Below, in pieces: positions 24,955-37,435 of a stretch of DNA of 64,000 nt (position 1 is the stretch's first letter; each line of letters starts with the position of its first letter). The notes under the pieces are model-generated. The model saw only the letters and a list, made by a program, of their open reading frames with translations, made no database searches and had not been told where the DNA came from. The translations under genes were made by a program, and so were the position numbers. This DNA comes from Rhizodiscina lignyota (taxonomy: Eukaryota): positions 3,596,001 through 3,660,000 of the forward strand of contig ML978121.1 of the NCBI GenBank assembly GCA_010015805.1. Direction: 5' to 3'.

Positions 24955-25458
24955 ATGGAGGAACTCATTCAGCTGAGGATGATATTGACTCACGACTACA
25001 CACGGAAATTCTCCGTACAGGAATCCATCAACCTGGAAAATACCCTGAAGAATCGTGAATGTGACAAGGGGAGTCTTTCCTTGATGTTGAAATGGATCGA
25101 AGATGACATTAACACTATCCTCCGCCAAAATGGTCTCGAGGCACATAAGCTCCTAGGGCAATCCCAGCCTCTGGCTGCGAACTGGCTCAACTGGGCATTG
25201 CAGACTTCTTTGATGAGCCGAGAGTTGGGTAGGGGTGGAGATTTAATAGTAAATCCTTCGCTAGCGCAATTAAAGTCGAAGGCATTACAAGCAGCGCAAC
25301 AGGCCAACATGAGTGATGAAGAGTTAAAGAGAAGAATAGTACGAGAAGTGATCTGGCGCCAGGAACTTATCATTGATCATCTCCTTGGTAACCAGGTTCT
25401 GGAGGACTTGCACAAGACCAGAGGGTTCGGGCTGGGATTTGTGAGCACAGTGAGATGA
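24955..25458 (+). CDS. Orphan family copy 2 (167 aa, apparently intact, likely helical)
   Basis: ATG ORF with upstream TATATAAA (about 24874); clear protein-level similarity to the flanking copies (ILTHDYT, ECDKGSL, WIEDDI, ANMSDEELKRRI, LHKTRGFGLG). Confidence 0.7.
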   Translation: MEELIQLRMILTHDYTRKFSVQESINLENTLKNRECDKGSLSLMLKWIEDDINTILRQNGLEAHKLLGQSQPLAANWLNWALQTSLMSRELGRGGDLIVNPSLAQLKSKALQAAQQANMSDEELKRRIVREVIWRQELIIDHLLGNQVLEDLHKTRGFGLGFVSTVR

Positions 25459-25725
25459 TATTCTTTTCGTAGGCTGTATCTTTCCTGAGGTCAAGTTAGC
25501 AAATAATACACTTACTACTAAATCTCGCAAAGGACTGACAAAGCAGCCCATGTCCTGCCTGGAATTGCCCAATCATGCTCCTGCCCGGAATTGGGCTCAC
25601 AGCAAGTGTCCCATGTATCGACAAACGACGCTAACGAGGTTTGAAATGTCTTAAAGGCGGAGGATATCAGTAACGATTCAGATCCAACAAGTTGTAATGC
25701 TTCTGTTATGTGAGTAAACAAAGCC

Positions 25726-26279
25726 ATGGACGAACTGATAGTGCCGCTGAGCATGATATTGGAATGCGACTACACACAAAAACTCAGCCAAGAGGAGGCA
25801 CATAACATGTGGGTGAATTTGCAGGACTATGAATGCAATAAAGGGACTCTCGCCTTAGCGATCCGATGGATCGAGGATGACATTAGTGTTCTCTCTCGCC
25901 AAAGAGAGCAGCGTCATCTCAGGACGGATCTGCGCAACCCTGATGATTTCGAAGGCTGGAATTTGGCCTGGATCTTCCAAAGTGCTATGATGATTCGAGA
26001 GATGTTCAGGGGTCAAAGTTCAACAATAGCACCTCCACTGCACAAATTGAAGGAGAGGGCGCTGCTCGCAGCAGAGAATGCCAACATGACTGAGCAAGAT
26101 TTAAAGAGAAGAATAATGCGGGGAGTGGAGTTCGGCATGGGCTCATCTATGATCTCTTTGGTGATCCGGTTCTAGAGCACCTGCACGCGACCAGTGGGTT
26201 CGGCATAGGACTCTTGACGCCACTAACAAGGTCAGAAACAGCACCTTTAGATTCACTACCGGAGACTGTAGACGAGTAG
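25726..26279 (+). pseudogene. Orphan family copy 3, frameshifted near 26131
   Basis: ILECDYT, ECNKGTL, WIEDDI, ANMTEQDLKRRI. The homologous tail RHGLIYDLFGDPVLEHLHATSGFGIG continues in another frame from 26133 to TAG at 26277-26279. Confidence 0.7.
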
Positions 26280-26283
26280 CAAA

Positions 26284-28026
26284 TCAGCCTGTCTTCTCCT
26301 CCCCAGCAGCAATCTCATTCGTCGGCACCTCCGTAATGAAATCCGTGATATCCTCTTTTCCCCTCTCGATCGCGACCAGATCGGGCAAGTCCGTCTTCTT
26401 TCCGTCAAAGCACGCATCCACCTCCTCAATCGTCTTGCCCTTCGTCTCCACCCACCAGAACAGGATAATAAAGAAAACCACGACATCCCAAGCTCCGTTG
26501 ATCATGTAGATCTTCCAGCCAATGTTTTGCAGGGCAATCGGCATGACGAACACGAACAGCAGCGCTGTGCCGTTGAGCCAAAATTGGAAGATGCCCATTC
26601 CATTCGCACGAATTGGGTAGTTGAGAACTTCAGCTGGATAGAGGTAAAGTACTGGCGTCCAGCCGAAAGAATATGCGCCTTGGAAGAGGAAGATGCAAGC
26701 GACGGTGCCGTAGACGCCGGATTTGTTGTCCGAGTTACCAAAGACTTTGGTGAGACCGCCGATTAAGAAGATGAAGATGGTCAGGCCTGCTTGCGAAGCC
26801 AGAGTCGTCGGTTTGCGGCCCCAGATATCGATGAACCGGGTGCCAGCGATGCAAACAACGAGGCAGAAAGCGTTGAGAATGATGTTCTGAAGAGTATTAG
26901 CATGTAGCATCTTCTAGCTAAAGATCCATAAATCTCACAATCTGCAGCTGTGTAGTAGTATTAGTGACACCTGCGTTAGTAAGCATCGTTCCGAGGTAGT
27001 ATGAGGCGACTACATTGCCCGCAATCGTACTGAAGACCGCTGAAGAGGAGGCGAGCAACACGCGCTTTCGCGCTGGCGGCGTTTTCACCAGCTGTCTGAA
27101 TGACAACGTCTCGCCATGGTTCTTCTCCCATTCAATGGTATCAGTGATCTCTTTGAATACAGCGAGTACGATCGGATCGGTCTCGTCGCCATCGGCGTGC
27201 GTCTGCGCAACGACTCTGCGTGCCTCTTCGAGGCGGTTCTGATATACGAGCCATCGTGGGGATTCTGTCGTCCTGATAAGTGGATGATTAACCAGCCACG
27301 AGAGAAGACATACCTGGAATGAACGGGAGTACAATGATACAGATTATGCTGAATAAACCCTGCACGAGAGAGGGAACGCGCCATCCCCACGTCGTCGTGT
27401 AATTCCTCGTGCCAAAAGTGACGCCCGCTGCGATCAAGCCGCCTACGTAGTAGAAGTCATTGAACATGCCCACACCCCACCCTCTCCATTTATACGGTAG
27501 CGTCTCCGCTAGGTACGCAGGCCCGCTCAAACCAGACGCAGATGTCCCAAAGCCAACAAGTATACGCGCAACAACGAACATGGCAATGTCCTGAGCTGCG
27601 GTCTGGATTACAACCGCAATGATGGTGATGATCGCGGCCCAGAGCTGCGCGGGGCGTCGCCCGATGGTGTCGGTCACTTTGCCCCAACAGAGACCAGCGA
27701 TGACCCCGCCGATCCAGATGGAAGCGGTGTTGAGCCCGATGTGTACCGCATTGTTGTTCAGGCCGAAGTAGTTGAGGTATTGGGGGAGGATATTAAGGCC
27801 GTTCCTACTCGGAAATTAGGACGAGGGGTGTTGCGTTGGGGTTACTTTACTGACACCATCGATGCATCGTAGCCGAATGTCTGAATACATTAGCGAATTC
27901 CTGGCCAGAAATTGAATGGGGTCATACTGTTGATGTGATACATGAGCTGAAGACCAGCAGTACGGATATCACGAATGATGATCGTGGAACCCAAGTGGGC
28001 ATGTACCAGTCAGGCCTCTCCCACAT
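26284..28026 (-). CDS. MFS sugar porter (lactose/cellodextrin/hexose transporter-like)
   Basis: Five exons; GYDASMVNGLNILP, DTIGRR, AYLAETLP, PESPRWL, DIWGRK, YPAEVL, VETKGKTIEE. Confidence 0.92.
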
Positions 28027-28761
28027 CTTCACGGTAAACGCTCAATTGGTTTGAATTGGCGCAATTCTCACTGATAAGAAGAAGTTCGGAATCGCAAGAA
28101 GCAGAAGACCAAAATACGAAATCAGATGAGAATAGCTCAACGCTTTGTATCTTCGCGACGCAGCCCTGCATGTCGCGTGCAGGTACTTTCGCCCTCCATA
28201 CCTTTCTTATCGCGACTTACCGGCTGCACGGAACATCTAGACGTCTCCAACCACCAGGAACGTGTTCTGGAGACGGTTCTAAACTCTGACAGGCGTTAAG
28301 CTGCGGGGTTTGTGAGTGGTTGACGCGCGCGTCAGACGTCCCGTACTGGCGTGCTTGAAGAAAAGCTTGGTAAGAGCTTGACCCTCTGCAGTGCTTCGAC
28401 CCGGACAAGGGGGTGGAGCATCTCCGCTCCAGAGCGTGGAATTGTCAGAACTTTGATAGTGACCTGCCATCTGTAGATTAGGGTGGATCGAGGTGGCAGT
28501 CAGCGTAGGGTTGCAGGAGTTGAGGCTTTTTGAGTGGTTGAGGTCCGGACTGGGCTTGGGGTAGAGTTGCGGAGAGGCTGGAACATCAGGGCGTGAGCGC
28601 CACGCACGTGCTTTGGAAAATACCTGTTGAGGGGAATGGGACCACATCAGTCACTTCCTTTCTGGCGCACCATTTAACGGAGGGGGAAACTGAACTGCTC
28701 TGAAATTGTTCTCTAGCAAAAATGAGAGTCGCTCATGCGATATGTGTAGTCTAGCGAATGG

Positions 28762-29820
28762 TTACAGATGCACATCCCAAGTCGAGTTTTGTATGCGCCG
28801 AGCATCAGTACTGTCTCTTATCAAAGACATTTCGAACTCTTTAGAACGACGGTTATGTGTGATCTCATCGTGATGGTACCCAGCCTCCATACCCCGTTTG
28901 CGCCCTTGACGGTTATACTCTTCAAAGACGCCGTCTGTCTCGATGTTCATTTCCCTGAGTACTCGTTCCTGCATTCTCTCCATGTTTTCGACATGAACCC
29001 CGATTCGGTGGACATTTTGTTCGATATCCACCCAGTCACTCAGCCGATTGCCATACAATGTGAGTGCTGTCTGTATGTCTTTCCAACCGTCAAGCCCTTC
29101 GGGAGGCGGCTCAGAAGATGGCTGAAACGGGTTCCAAGTATGATGTTCACTCGGTTGTGAATGTGACAGGTCAATGCCCACGAAATGAGATATTCCTGCA
29201 TCTAAGGGGTCCAAAATGGGATATCTGGTGCCAGTTGGGGGTATTGGGTCCACCATTTGGCTCCAGCATTTGATACAGCGCTGTGAGTACGGAACGAGAG
29301 TTGTGTTCGCTTCCGAAGCCCCATCCACAGATCCATTTGCGGGTCCATGTGCAGACTCATCTGTAAGCCCGTCCGCAGGCCCATCAGGAGTACAAATTCT
29401 TGATAGATTCCACTCTTTAAATTCTGGGCCGCTCTTTATTGACAGTAGTGGGGTGAATTCATCCATGAGTTGATCCTCAGGTTCCACTCGCTCGGGGAAA
29501 AAGCTGGCCAATTCGAAGATAACATGTCTGATACGTCTCTCGAGGACACGCAGGTTATCCGACCATGCCATGTCTTTCCAAGACTTGAGACATGGCCCTG
29601 GAATCAAAGACGGTGGATGAACTTGTAAGCGACGGGATGCGAGCAAATCAGTTTCTGGTCTGGGATCGGACGACGATGACGAAGGTATGTTGTATGTGCG
29701 TCTCACATGCCCATTTGGCTGTTGATTTCCGTCTGCAGCTGATGGTATGGAATCGACTGTTTCTGGTGCGTCTGGTATCGTAGGCGCCTCTGGTTGTTGG
29801 TCTCCGTCTGGAGCGTCCAT
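28762..29820 (-). CDS. Hypothetical acidic protein (352 aa), no recognised domain
   Basis: Long ATG-initiated ORF with protein-like composition; short internal GPADG/GPANG repeats; coiled-coil-like C-terminus. Confidence 0.55.
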   Translation of the reverse strand: MDAPDGDQQPEAPTIPDAPETVDSIPSAADGNQQPNGHVRRTYNIPSSSSSDPRPETDLLASRRLQVHPPSLIPGPCLKSWKDMAWSDNLRVLERRIRHVIFELASFFPERVEPEDQLMDEFTPLLSIKSGPEFKEWNLSRICTPDGPADGLTDESAHGPANGSVDGASEANTTLVPYSQRCIKCWSQMVDPIPPTGTRYPILDPLDAGISHFVGIDLSHSQPSEHHTWNPFQPSSEPPPEGLDGWKDIQTALTLYGNRLSDWVDIEQNVHRIGVHVENMERMQERVLREMNIETDGVFEEYNRQGRKRGMEAGYHHDEITHNRRSKEFEMSLIRDSTDARRIQNSTWDVHL

Positions 29821-32800
29821 ATTTCGGATGAGAGTTAGAAAGTAATAGGATGACGATATAGCAAAGAGTGATGCTAGATAAAGATTGTAGAATAGAAAAC
29901 CACTGTCTATAGAGCGAGAAGACGTAGACGTATTTCAAGGTACGAAGTAAATAATGGTGCTGAGGTAGCAGCGGAAGGCACATCCAGTCCATCATACCTA
30001 CCGTCGAATTCCGCACGCACTTGAAGCTTGAAAACACAACAACCTGCAGCTGATATCCGCCAAACATTGAGCTCTGCTTGCTGGTAGCTACTTTTTAGGC
30101 TGTCTCTTCTTACAAGTTCCATATCAAAGGTCATCTGTTCATTGCAACCGGCCAGATAAGGCTCGCGAACTTACTGGGAATTTTGGTGGTTTCATTGATC
30201 GTCGAAACACCGAGACTCAAGCACGCTCTCACTGTTGAAGCTGAAGCTGAAGGAAATACGCTGCGTAAAACAGTCAAAAGTTTTCGAAACGACATGATGC
30301 GAATAAAGATAGCGAGGGCCTCCATGACCGGCGTTTGAATCTGTAATACGGATAAATATACTCCGTGGAGACAAGTGCCACGATAGACTGTGAACTGTGT
30401 AATTTCGGCCCGCTGTTGTACGATGAAACGGTGGTCATCATTCGATCGAGGCGGCTCAAAGGGCGGGAGAGAAAGATAGGCGTTAGCTTTTACAGTTGCT
30501 CGTCGGTGTGCAAGTTGGGAATTGGGTCTCACCGTCCAGTTACGCAATGATATCTGCACATGTTCTGTCCAAATATGCAACCTGAACCACTTCCACCCCT
30601 CATCTCATCATAGATCTTAAACATGAGACTGGCGACGTTGAAGAGATCGGTCTGTTCTCTGCCCCCAAATCCAATGTAACGGTCCAATCAGGCCCGAACC
30701 ACATTGGCGGGAGTGAGGCGAGCGCCTCCTTAGTCCATGTCCGGCTGGCCTCAAGCCACATTGAAACCCACATCCCGCGACTCCGCGACAACGCCAGCAA
30801 GGCCAGGTCCGAACCGTTCGACGAGGAAATGCGACAGCTTTATTTGGGCTTTTATTGGGTGCAATTTCTCCGTAGCGGCGCAAATCCGTGGGGCGTAATG
30901 GAGCTGAAGGAGGTGATGCTGGTTTCGCTGGCCCCTCTACCCGTTGGGAAACAGCAGCGGGCGGGAATTCGTACCTATTTGAGGCTCAATAAATTTTCGT
31001 TGAAACTTAAATCTTGAACGTAGCTTTCGACAAGAGTCAAACTCGATAAACGGGCAAGGAGTTTGAAAGCTGCATGTTTCATGCGAGTCATTGCATGAGA
31101 GCGACAAGAGAGAGGGCGATCAAAATGTTGATCATCGGAGGACAAACCTCTGTTCCCTTTGTCCAGCTTCGCCCGCCATGACGACAGCTCAGGATTCATG
31201 ACGATGGGCGTGCCCCTCCCCCCCTTTTCCATGCTTCCAAAAGCAGTGCTGCAAAATGTGACCCACTTCCAGAAGCCAGGGAAGAAAAAAGAAGTCGAAC
31301 GCAACGCTAGGGCTCGGGGACGCACGGCGCGGGCGGCTCTACGCTTCCTAGTGCCAATTTCTCATAGGCCTTGGCTAGGAACAGGAAGCCGATTCGGCAG
31401 ATCCTGTAAGCTTTCGCGGCCTTCCAGCCTCCCTGGCTGCTATCCAATGCAGAAGCGAAGCACTGGAAGGGCACTAGAAAACCTGAAACCTGTCCGTTGG
31501 GGTCGATATGAAGTGATGGCTCAGATCGCCGGGAGCCTCTCATGGCTTGCAAATGAGGGGTGAGGTCATGATTTGCCGGACAGCTTGTCTGTTTCCTGGA
31601 CTAGCTGCGGCCTTTCCTCCAAACGAGGGCAGATGGAGCTCGGTAGATGACAGCGTGAGGAAAGTCGTTGGAGGGGAAACCCGAGGTTGCCACCCGTAAG
31701 GAGTGATGGACAGAGTGCGAAGGATGCGAAAGCAACGACGAGACCCGCGTCCATATTTTAACCTTTCCACTGCCAGACGTTCGCGGGGATGAAGGTAGCA
31801 CAAGAGGCGGGACGAAGCGCAGGTAAAGAAATGAGGCTCAGCTGGCGGCGATGCTGCAGCAACACACATATTTAGGGCACGCTTATGCGTGGGGATCTGG
31901 AAAGGGCTGAGGAGACGTCCACCAGATCGTCACAACGTGTCCTTCGGTCTTTGGAATTCGATAGACGGGTCTCTGCGCCTCTGTGTATGTTTGAAGCTGA
32001 CTGAGCAAAACGTCGAGGGCACGGTGAGCGACAACATGCAAACCCACGGTATCGATGCACTAGGAAGGTGGGACCGCTGATTTCGGAAAAAGTACACAAG
32101 ATTGCAAAGGTCTCATTTGGGGATCTGTGGCATGATGGCCGTGAGGCATCGACGACAGGATTGTGAGCGGGCAATCAGGACGCAGACGGAGGCGCAACGC
32201 TGCCTTCTGCCTGCTGTGCTCAGGAGAGTGGGCGGCGGCGAGTCGCTCCCGTCGCACCAGAGGCCATGCAAACGAGGATTCACGAAGTTTCTCGGTCATG
32301 AGAGTCAGAGAGAGAGGTGGAGAGATGGGACGAGCCGCGACGAGTAAGGCGCTCGACCGGGCACGGCGGGCCGCACGCAAGCATTACTGCGCTATTGCGG
32401 CCTGCGGTTGGCTGCGTAATGAAACAAGCGCCCTTTCTGGTGTAGAGGTGCGTGAATCACAGCTTACAGCCAGCTGCTCGCCTCCGCGCGTGCGGTGGTG
32501 CTTGCTTTCGTGCGCAACGACTGGCGCTGCCAGAACATCCCACCTTGGGTGCTGAGCCCCCTACTGCCACTTTTTGCCCGCTGCCCCTCTCCGTGCTTCT
32601 TCACCCCAATCCTCACCCCAATCCTCACCCGTCAATTCCCCCATCACACAATACCTCACTATCCATCTGCCGCTCGTGCTGCCATCGCCAGTCGCCCGTC
32701 CAACACCCCATCATTGATTTCGCGGCCAGACGCGAGCCAACACGTCTCTGCACACCCCAGCGACCAGCTCATGCACACGATCCGGAATGAACCACCCTTC

Positions 32801-32919
32801 CATCAGCATCCACAACACCGCATCGCTTTAAACGGGCCCGCTTGCGAATCCTGTTGAGGCACTGCATCGCCCTTCAACAGCTCGCGCTCCAACGAGTCCA
32901 GAGAGCATACACCGGCGCA

Positions 32920-35602
32920 ATGCCCGCTTCCATGAGCGTGCTGCCCGCCTCCTCGGCCGCGACGTCGAGCAGCAAGCACAAGTCTGCAGTCGCGCCGGAG
33001 AAGAAGTACAAGTGTCAGTTCTGCAATCGCGCCTTCAGCAGGAGCGAGCATCGGAGTCGACACGAGAGGTCGCGTAAGTGATTTCCACTCGTGCATATGC
33101 CCCTCATTGCGCTCGACAAAAAGGTGGCGGGTCGCTTTGGTGTCGCGCACGCGCGAGAGCGGGGAAGCAGCACACGCACCAAACACACTGCTAACCATCG
33201 ACTATCGTCACAGACACGAAAGAACGCCCCTTCAAGTGCCAGAAATGTCGCAGCACCTTCGTGCGCCGCGACCTGTTGCTGCGACACGACCGTACCGTGC
33301 ACGCCAAAGACAATACCGGCCCCCCTTTGCAGAGCGAGCCGAAGCGAAAGGCATCGAAAGCGAGTGCGGAGAATGGAAGTCCATCCAAAGCAAATGCAGG
33401 ACTGGATACTGCAGCGCTGGAACAGATAGAGGCGACGAGCGATGGCATGGTGGACATTGAGACTGCTGCAATGTTGCTGACCGACTACCACCAGAAAGCG
33501 ATGGCCAGCCAGGAGCCGGAGCCGATGCCAGACGCGCCAGATGTGTCCATGGTAAACAGTGGCCCAGCTCTGCTCGAGCCGTCTTATCCTCCAGGCGCAG
33601 TTGCTCTCCCTCAGATGCCCGGCTGGGACCACATGCACCCAGTGCAAGACGGAAAATCGCATTCCATCTCCTCTGCCTCAGGACTATCAGACTCCCACCC
33701 CGCATTCAAACCTGCCAGCACTCTACAACCTCATCCAAACACACTTCCTCCGCTGATGGAACGACAGACGTCAAACCCAGATGGCCTGGTGCCTTCGTTT
33801 CCGTCAATGAATGGAGGAGCGGCAATGTCAATGTCAATGTCAGATATGGGAACACCTGGTGCGCTATCGCCCTATCCATCAATGATGGGACCTGTTTCGC
33901 CTGTTGACTATCGACGGTCACCAGGTCCTTCGCAAGCCTTGACTATGACGCGAGCGCCTGTCATTCGCTCGGAGGAGCAGGTTGAGATGATCGAGAGGAA
34001 CATCAAGGAGTCAGACAGCGGTGGTGCCGTCAACTCATTTGTTCTACCCAGCATAGCTGTCTTGAACCGGTACCTGGCGACATACTTCAACCTCTTCCAT
34101 CACCACCTTCCATTTCTCCATCCTGCTTCTTTCGACCCGACTACGGCAGCTGCTCCACTCCTGCTTGCCGTTCTCTCGATTGGTGCGCTATACACTTTCG
34201 AGCAGGACCAGGCATACATGCTACACATCTCCTCGAAGATACTCGTCAACCAATTTCTCCAGAACAAGGAGAACTTCAGCTCGCGTAAATGCCCGCTGTG
34301 GACGATGCAGAGCACTCTGCTGAACATGATCTTTGCCAGCTGGAGTGGCGATCCAAAGGGCCTTGAGTGGGCATGCTCAATTAAGAGTCTGCTTGCGAAC
34401 ATGGTTGCTGGAAACCGCTATGAGCTGAAGCTGCGCTCGGAAGCTCGAGAGGATGCACAGCCAAGCCACGAGGAATGGATCGAGGACGAGGGCTGTCGAC
34501 GAACTTACTATGCTGTCTACATATTCTTTGGACTCTTGACTCTTACGTATAACCATACCCCGGCAATCTCATTCAATGAGCTCGATTCTTTGGAACTCCC
34601 GTCGTCCGAATCACTCTGGACACTAGAAGCTTCAGACGAGGAGTCCTGGAGGGAATCATTGACCGCTTCGACTATCATTTCATTTAAGGAAGCTCACGAT
34701 ACTCTGTTCCAAGGTGAAACCGCACGATACTCGGCCTTTGCAACCCGTGTCATGATAAACGCTCTGTTCCTCGAAGTCTGGTACCATAAGCGGTCTCCCG
34801 AGGCTCTCCAGGATGTTGTCACAGAATACAAGATGCGTCTGGCCCTTGAAAATTGGGAGAAAAGCCTTCAACATTGCGAGCCGGAGACTGTTGTCGTGCA
34901 ACTGTCTGCGCCTCACAAGGGACACCCCCTCATCTTCAATGCCATGGCAATGTACCGAAACACACGCGCACGTTTGATGGTAGATCTCAAATCCATCCAA
35001 GAGGCACTGCGGTATCATGACAGCTACGAGGTTGCGGCTTCTATGACAAATGCACGGGACAAGGTGCAGCGCTCCGAAGAAATGATCAAGGTCATCCAAG
35101 AGTGCTTCAATTGCATCGAAGTCGCAGCTGTCCAAGGCATTCGATGGGTTGCGAGAACATCGGCAACAAATTGGAGCGTTGAGCACCCTCTTTGTGGTAT
35201 GGATCTCATGGTCATCCTGACATTGTGGCTGTATCGCCTGGAACATGACGAGGAGCCCGCGACACAGGACGAGCTAGCAATGTACAACAAACTGCGCAAT
35301 CTCTTTGACGATGACAGCGCAGGCGTATATGGCTCGAAGCTCTCGTCAACTGTAGCGAGGCTGTGGGGTAGCATGATTGATGAGGTCGTAGTTTGGGGGT
35401 AAGTCCTCTCGCACCAACCTAGATCCATGTGAAAGCTAACATGTGATTGCACAGAATAACCAAACTCATGGGCGAAGCGTTCAAGCTCCACTCGCAAGCA
35501 CTTGTCGGATACGAAGACGCCATGTCAGATCACTCTGGCTCGCCAACCCCTTCGTTGACTGCCCAGCATGTCCAAGCACTGGAGATGCAAGCCGCATACT
35601 AG
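32920..35602 (+). CDS. C2H2 zinc-finger transcription factor with fungal-specific TF domain (Adr1/Klf1-like class)
   Basis: Exons 32920-33073, 33214-35398 and 35455-35602. Two fingers CQFCNRAFSRSEHRSRHERSH-TKERPF-CQKCRSTFVRRDLLLRHDRTVH; YFNLFHHHLPFLHP and WIEDEGCRRT motifs. Confidence 0.93.
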
Positions 35603-36501
35603 CACCAGACCTGTCTCTCTTATGAATGTTCACGTCCACTCTCACTTTTTCCTTAGTGCTTCTGTTTTAATCGATATCATGCACGGCCTCCATACCACCT
35701 AGACTGCCTTTGTAATCTCTCCTCTCAAAACATTGGCCGGAGCATGGCGCGGAGTCAGTCGGAGAATATATGGTCCCTTTGTCCTGTTTTTGCCTGTTTT
35801 AAGATGCCCGGAGGATGCGGAGAGGAGTGGTCATGACCAGGGCTGGGTCCTTGTCTGGAGAAAATAATTCTCTTACAATACTCGGCTCAGGCCACGTTTT
35901 CGCTTTAGTCTCTCTCCGCTGGGCCGGATCCGGTTTCGTTTGTGCTTCTCTTCTCACTAGTCTCTGCTTTGCAAAGCTTTTGTGTATACCATGTGCTTTT
36001 AGTTTCCTTTCTGGCCTTTTTGATGCTACTTCACTTTTGCTTGCCCCCATACTTTGCCTTTCTTCTGCTTTCCGGGTTTAACATGCCGGCGAGAAGGGAA
36101 ACATATACGGGTGCCTGGCGGAACAATGGTAGATTGGGACAACATGTGCGGAAGGGCGGCGGCTTCTGGTGCATAGCGGTGGCGGCTCTATTTTGTTCAT
36201 CACCTCGTGCTTCAGCTGCTGCTGTCTTCTGTTCACGGGGCGCTCGGGTGGTTCGGTCTTTTGGCTTATGCTTTTCAGTAGTTTCTTCGAGCATTCTGTA
36301 TTAGATATTTGAGGAAGCCCAATTTAATGTGATGCGCCTTGCGCGAAAAAGTTACATGCTTGGTAGCCTATTGCACTGCTGAGAACCGCATGTACCTCCA
36401 TTTGTGTATCTTGACATCGATGCAACTGCCGCTTTCCTGCTTGATCTGTCGCCTTCACTGTCTGCCCACTATGTCTGCCCACTATGCATTGTGCACATGC
36501 T

Positions 36502-37435
36502 TCAAAGCAATGCACTGTACACATTCTTCAAGGCAGATAGCACGATGTGCCTTCCACACGACATGCACTCATTATTGTGGTAGAAGTGATCGCCACAATG
36601 AGTGCATCTTGCCCTGCAACACTTTTCGCAGAATCCGTCGACCTGGAGCACCGTCTTGCACACAGCGCACCGGACATCCTCCTCACCCCATTCCCCTGCC
36701 GCTGAGTCATCTTCTTGCTCCTCAATGGGCTTGCGTACAGTCATGTCATGGACTGTCTGCAGCAACTCCCGAGCGAATTCTCCATTCCGATCGAGCATCG
36801 TAACGAACGCCTTGTTCAAGAGAAGCTTTTCCATATCACGGGCAGCAATGTTTAACATAGAGTCGCGGATCGTTCTATGCGCTGGCAGCGTATTGTCGTA
36901 GACGAACTCGATGAGGTCTGCGAAGTCTTGCTTGAAACGACACTCCGCTGCGGCAGCGCTGAGCCGGTTGACGGCTAGCCATTGAAGGCCGCCAACATCG
37001 TATTTGTCCGCAATTACGAAGACGCGCGCGTGGTGGAAAAGACCGTCCTTGGGATCGTAGTCGAGCGTGTAGAAGAACGACATCAGAGCATCGATGGCAT
37101 CGAGGTAAGACGCGTCATCTTTGAGTTCGATTTCGTTGTTTCCGTTTGTACTCTCCTGTTTATACGGTCGATGCATAGCGGTCCGAACATTGTATAAGTA
37201 TTGGCTACGTACAGAGAAGCCTCCACAAAGCGCGCGTTCGAACCAGCGCGATTGGCAGGAGAGGATGACCTTATGCGCACTCCACGTCCGATCTCCGCAC
37301 TTGACGGTGAGGTCATAGAACGCGGCGCTCGCGAGGCTTTGACTATTGATGAATATCAGTGATGCGCTGTCCATTTAACTGAGTGAATGGTTGGAAATAC
37401 CCGCTCAGATTCTCGCGGAGCCTGTCGATGTCCAT
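36502..37435 (-). CDS. BTB/POZ domain protein with Cys-rich C-terminal tail
   Basis: Exon 1 37435-37401, intron to 37343. DLTVKCGDRTWSAHKVILSCQSRWFERALCGGFS|ES, FFYTLDY, HARVFVIADKYDV; four CxxC in the tail. Confidence 0.85.
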
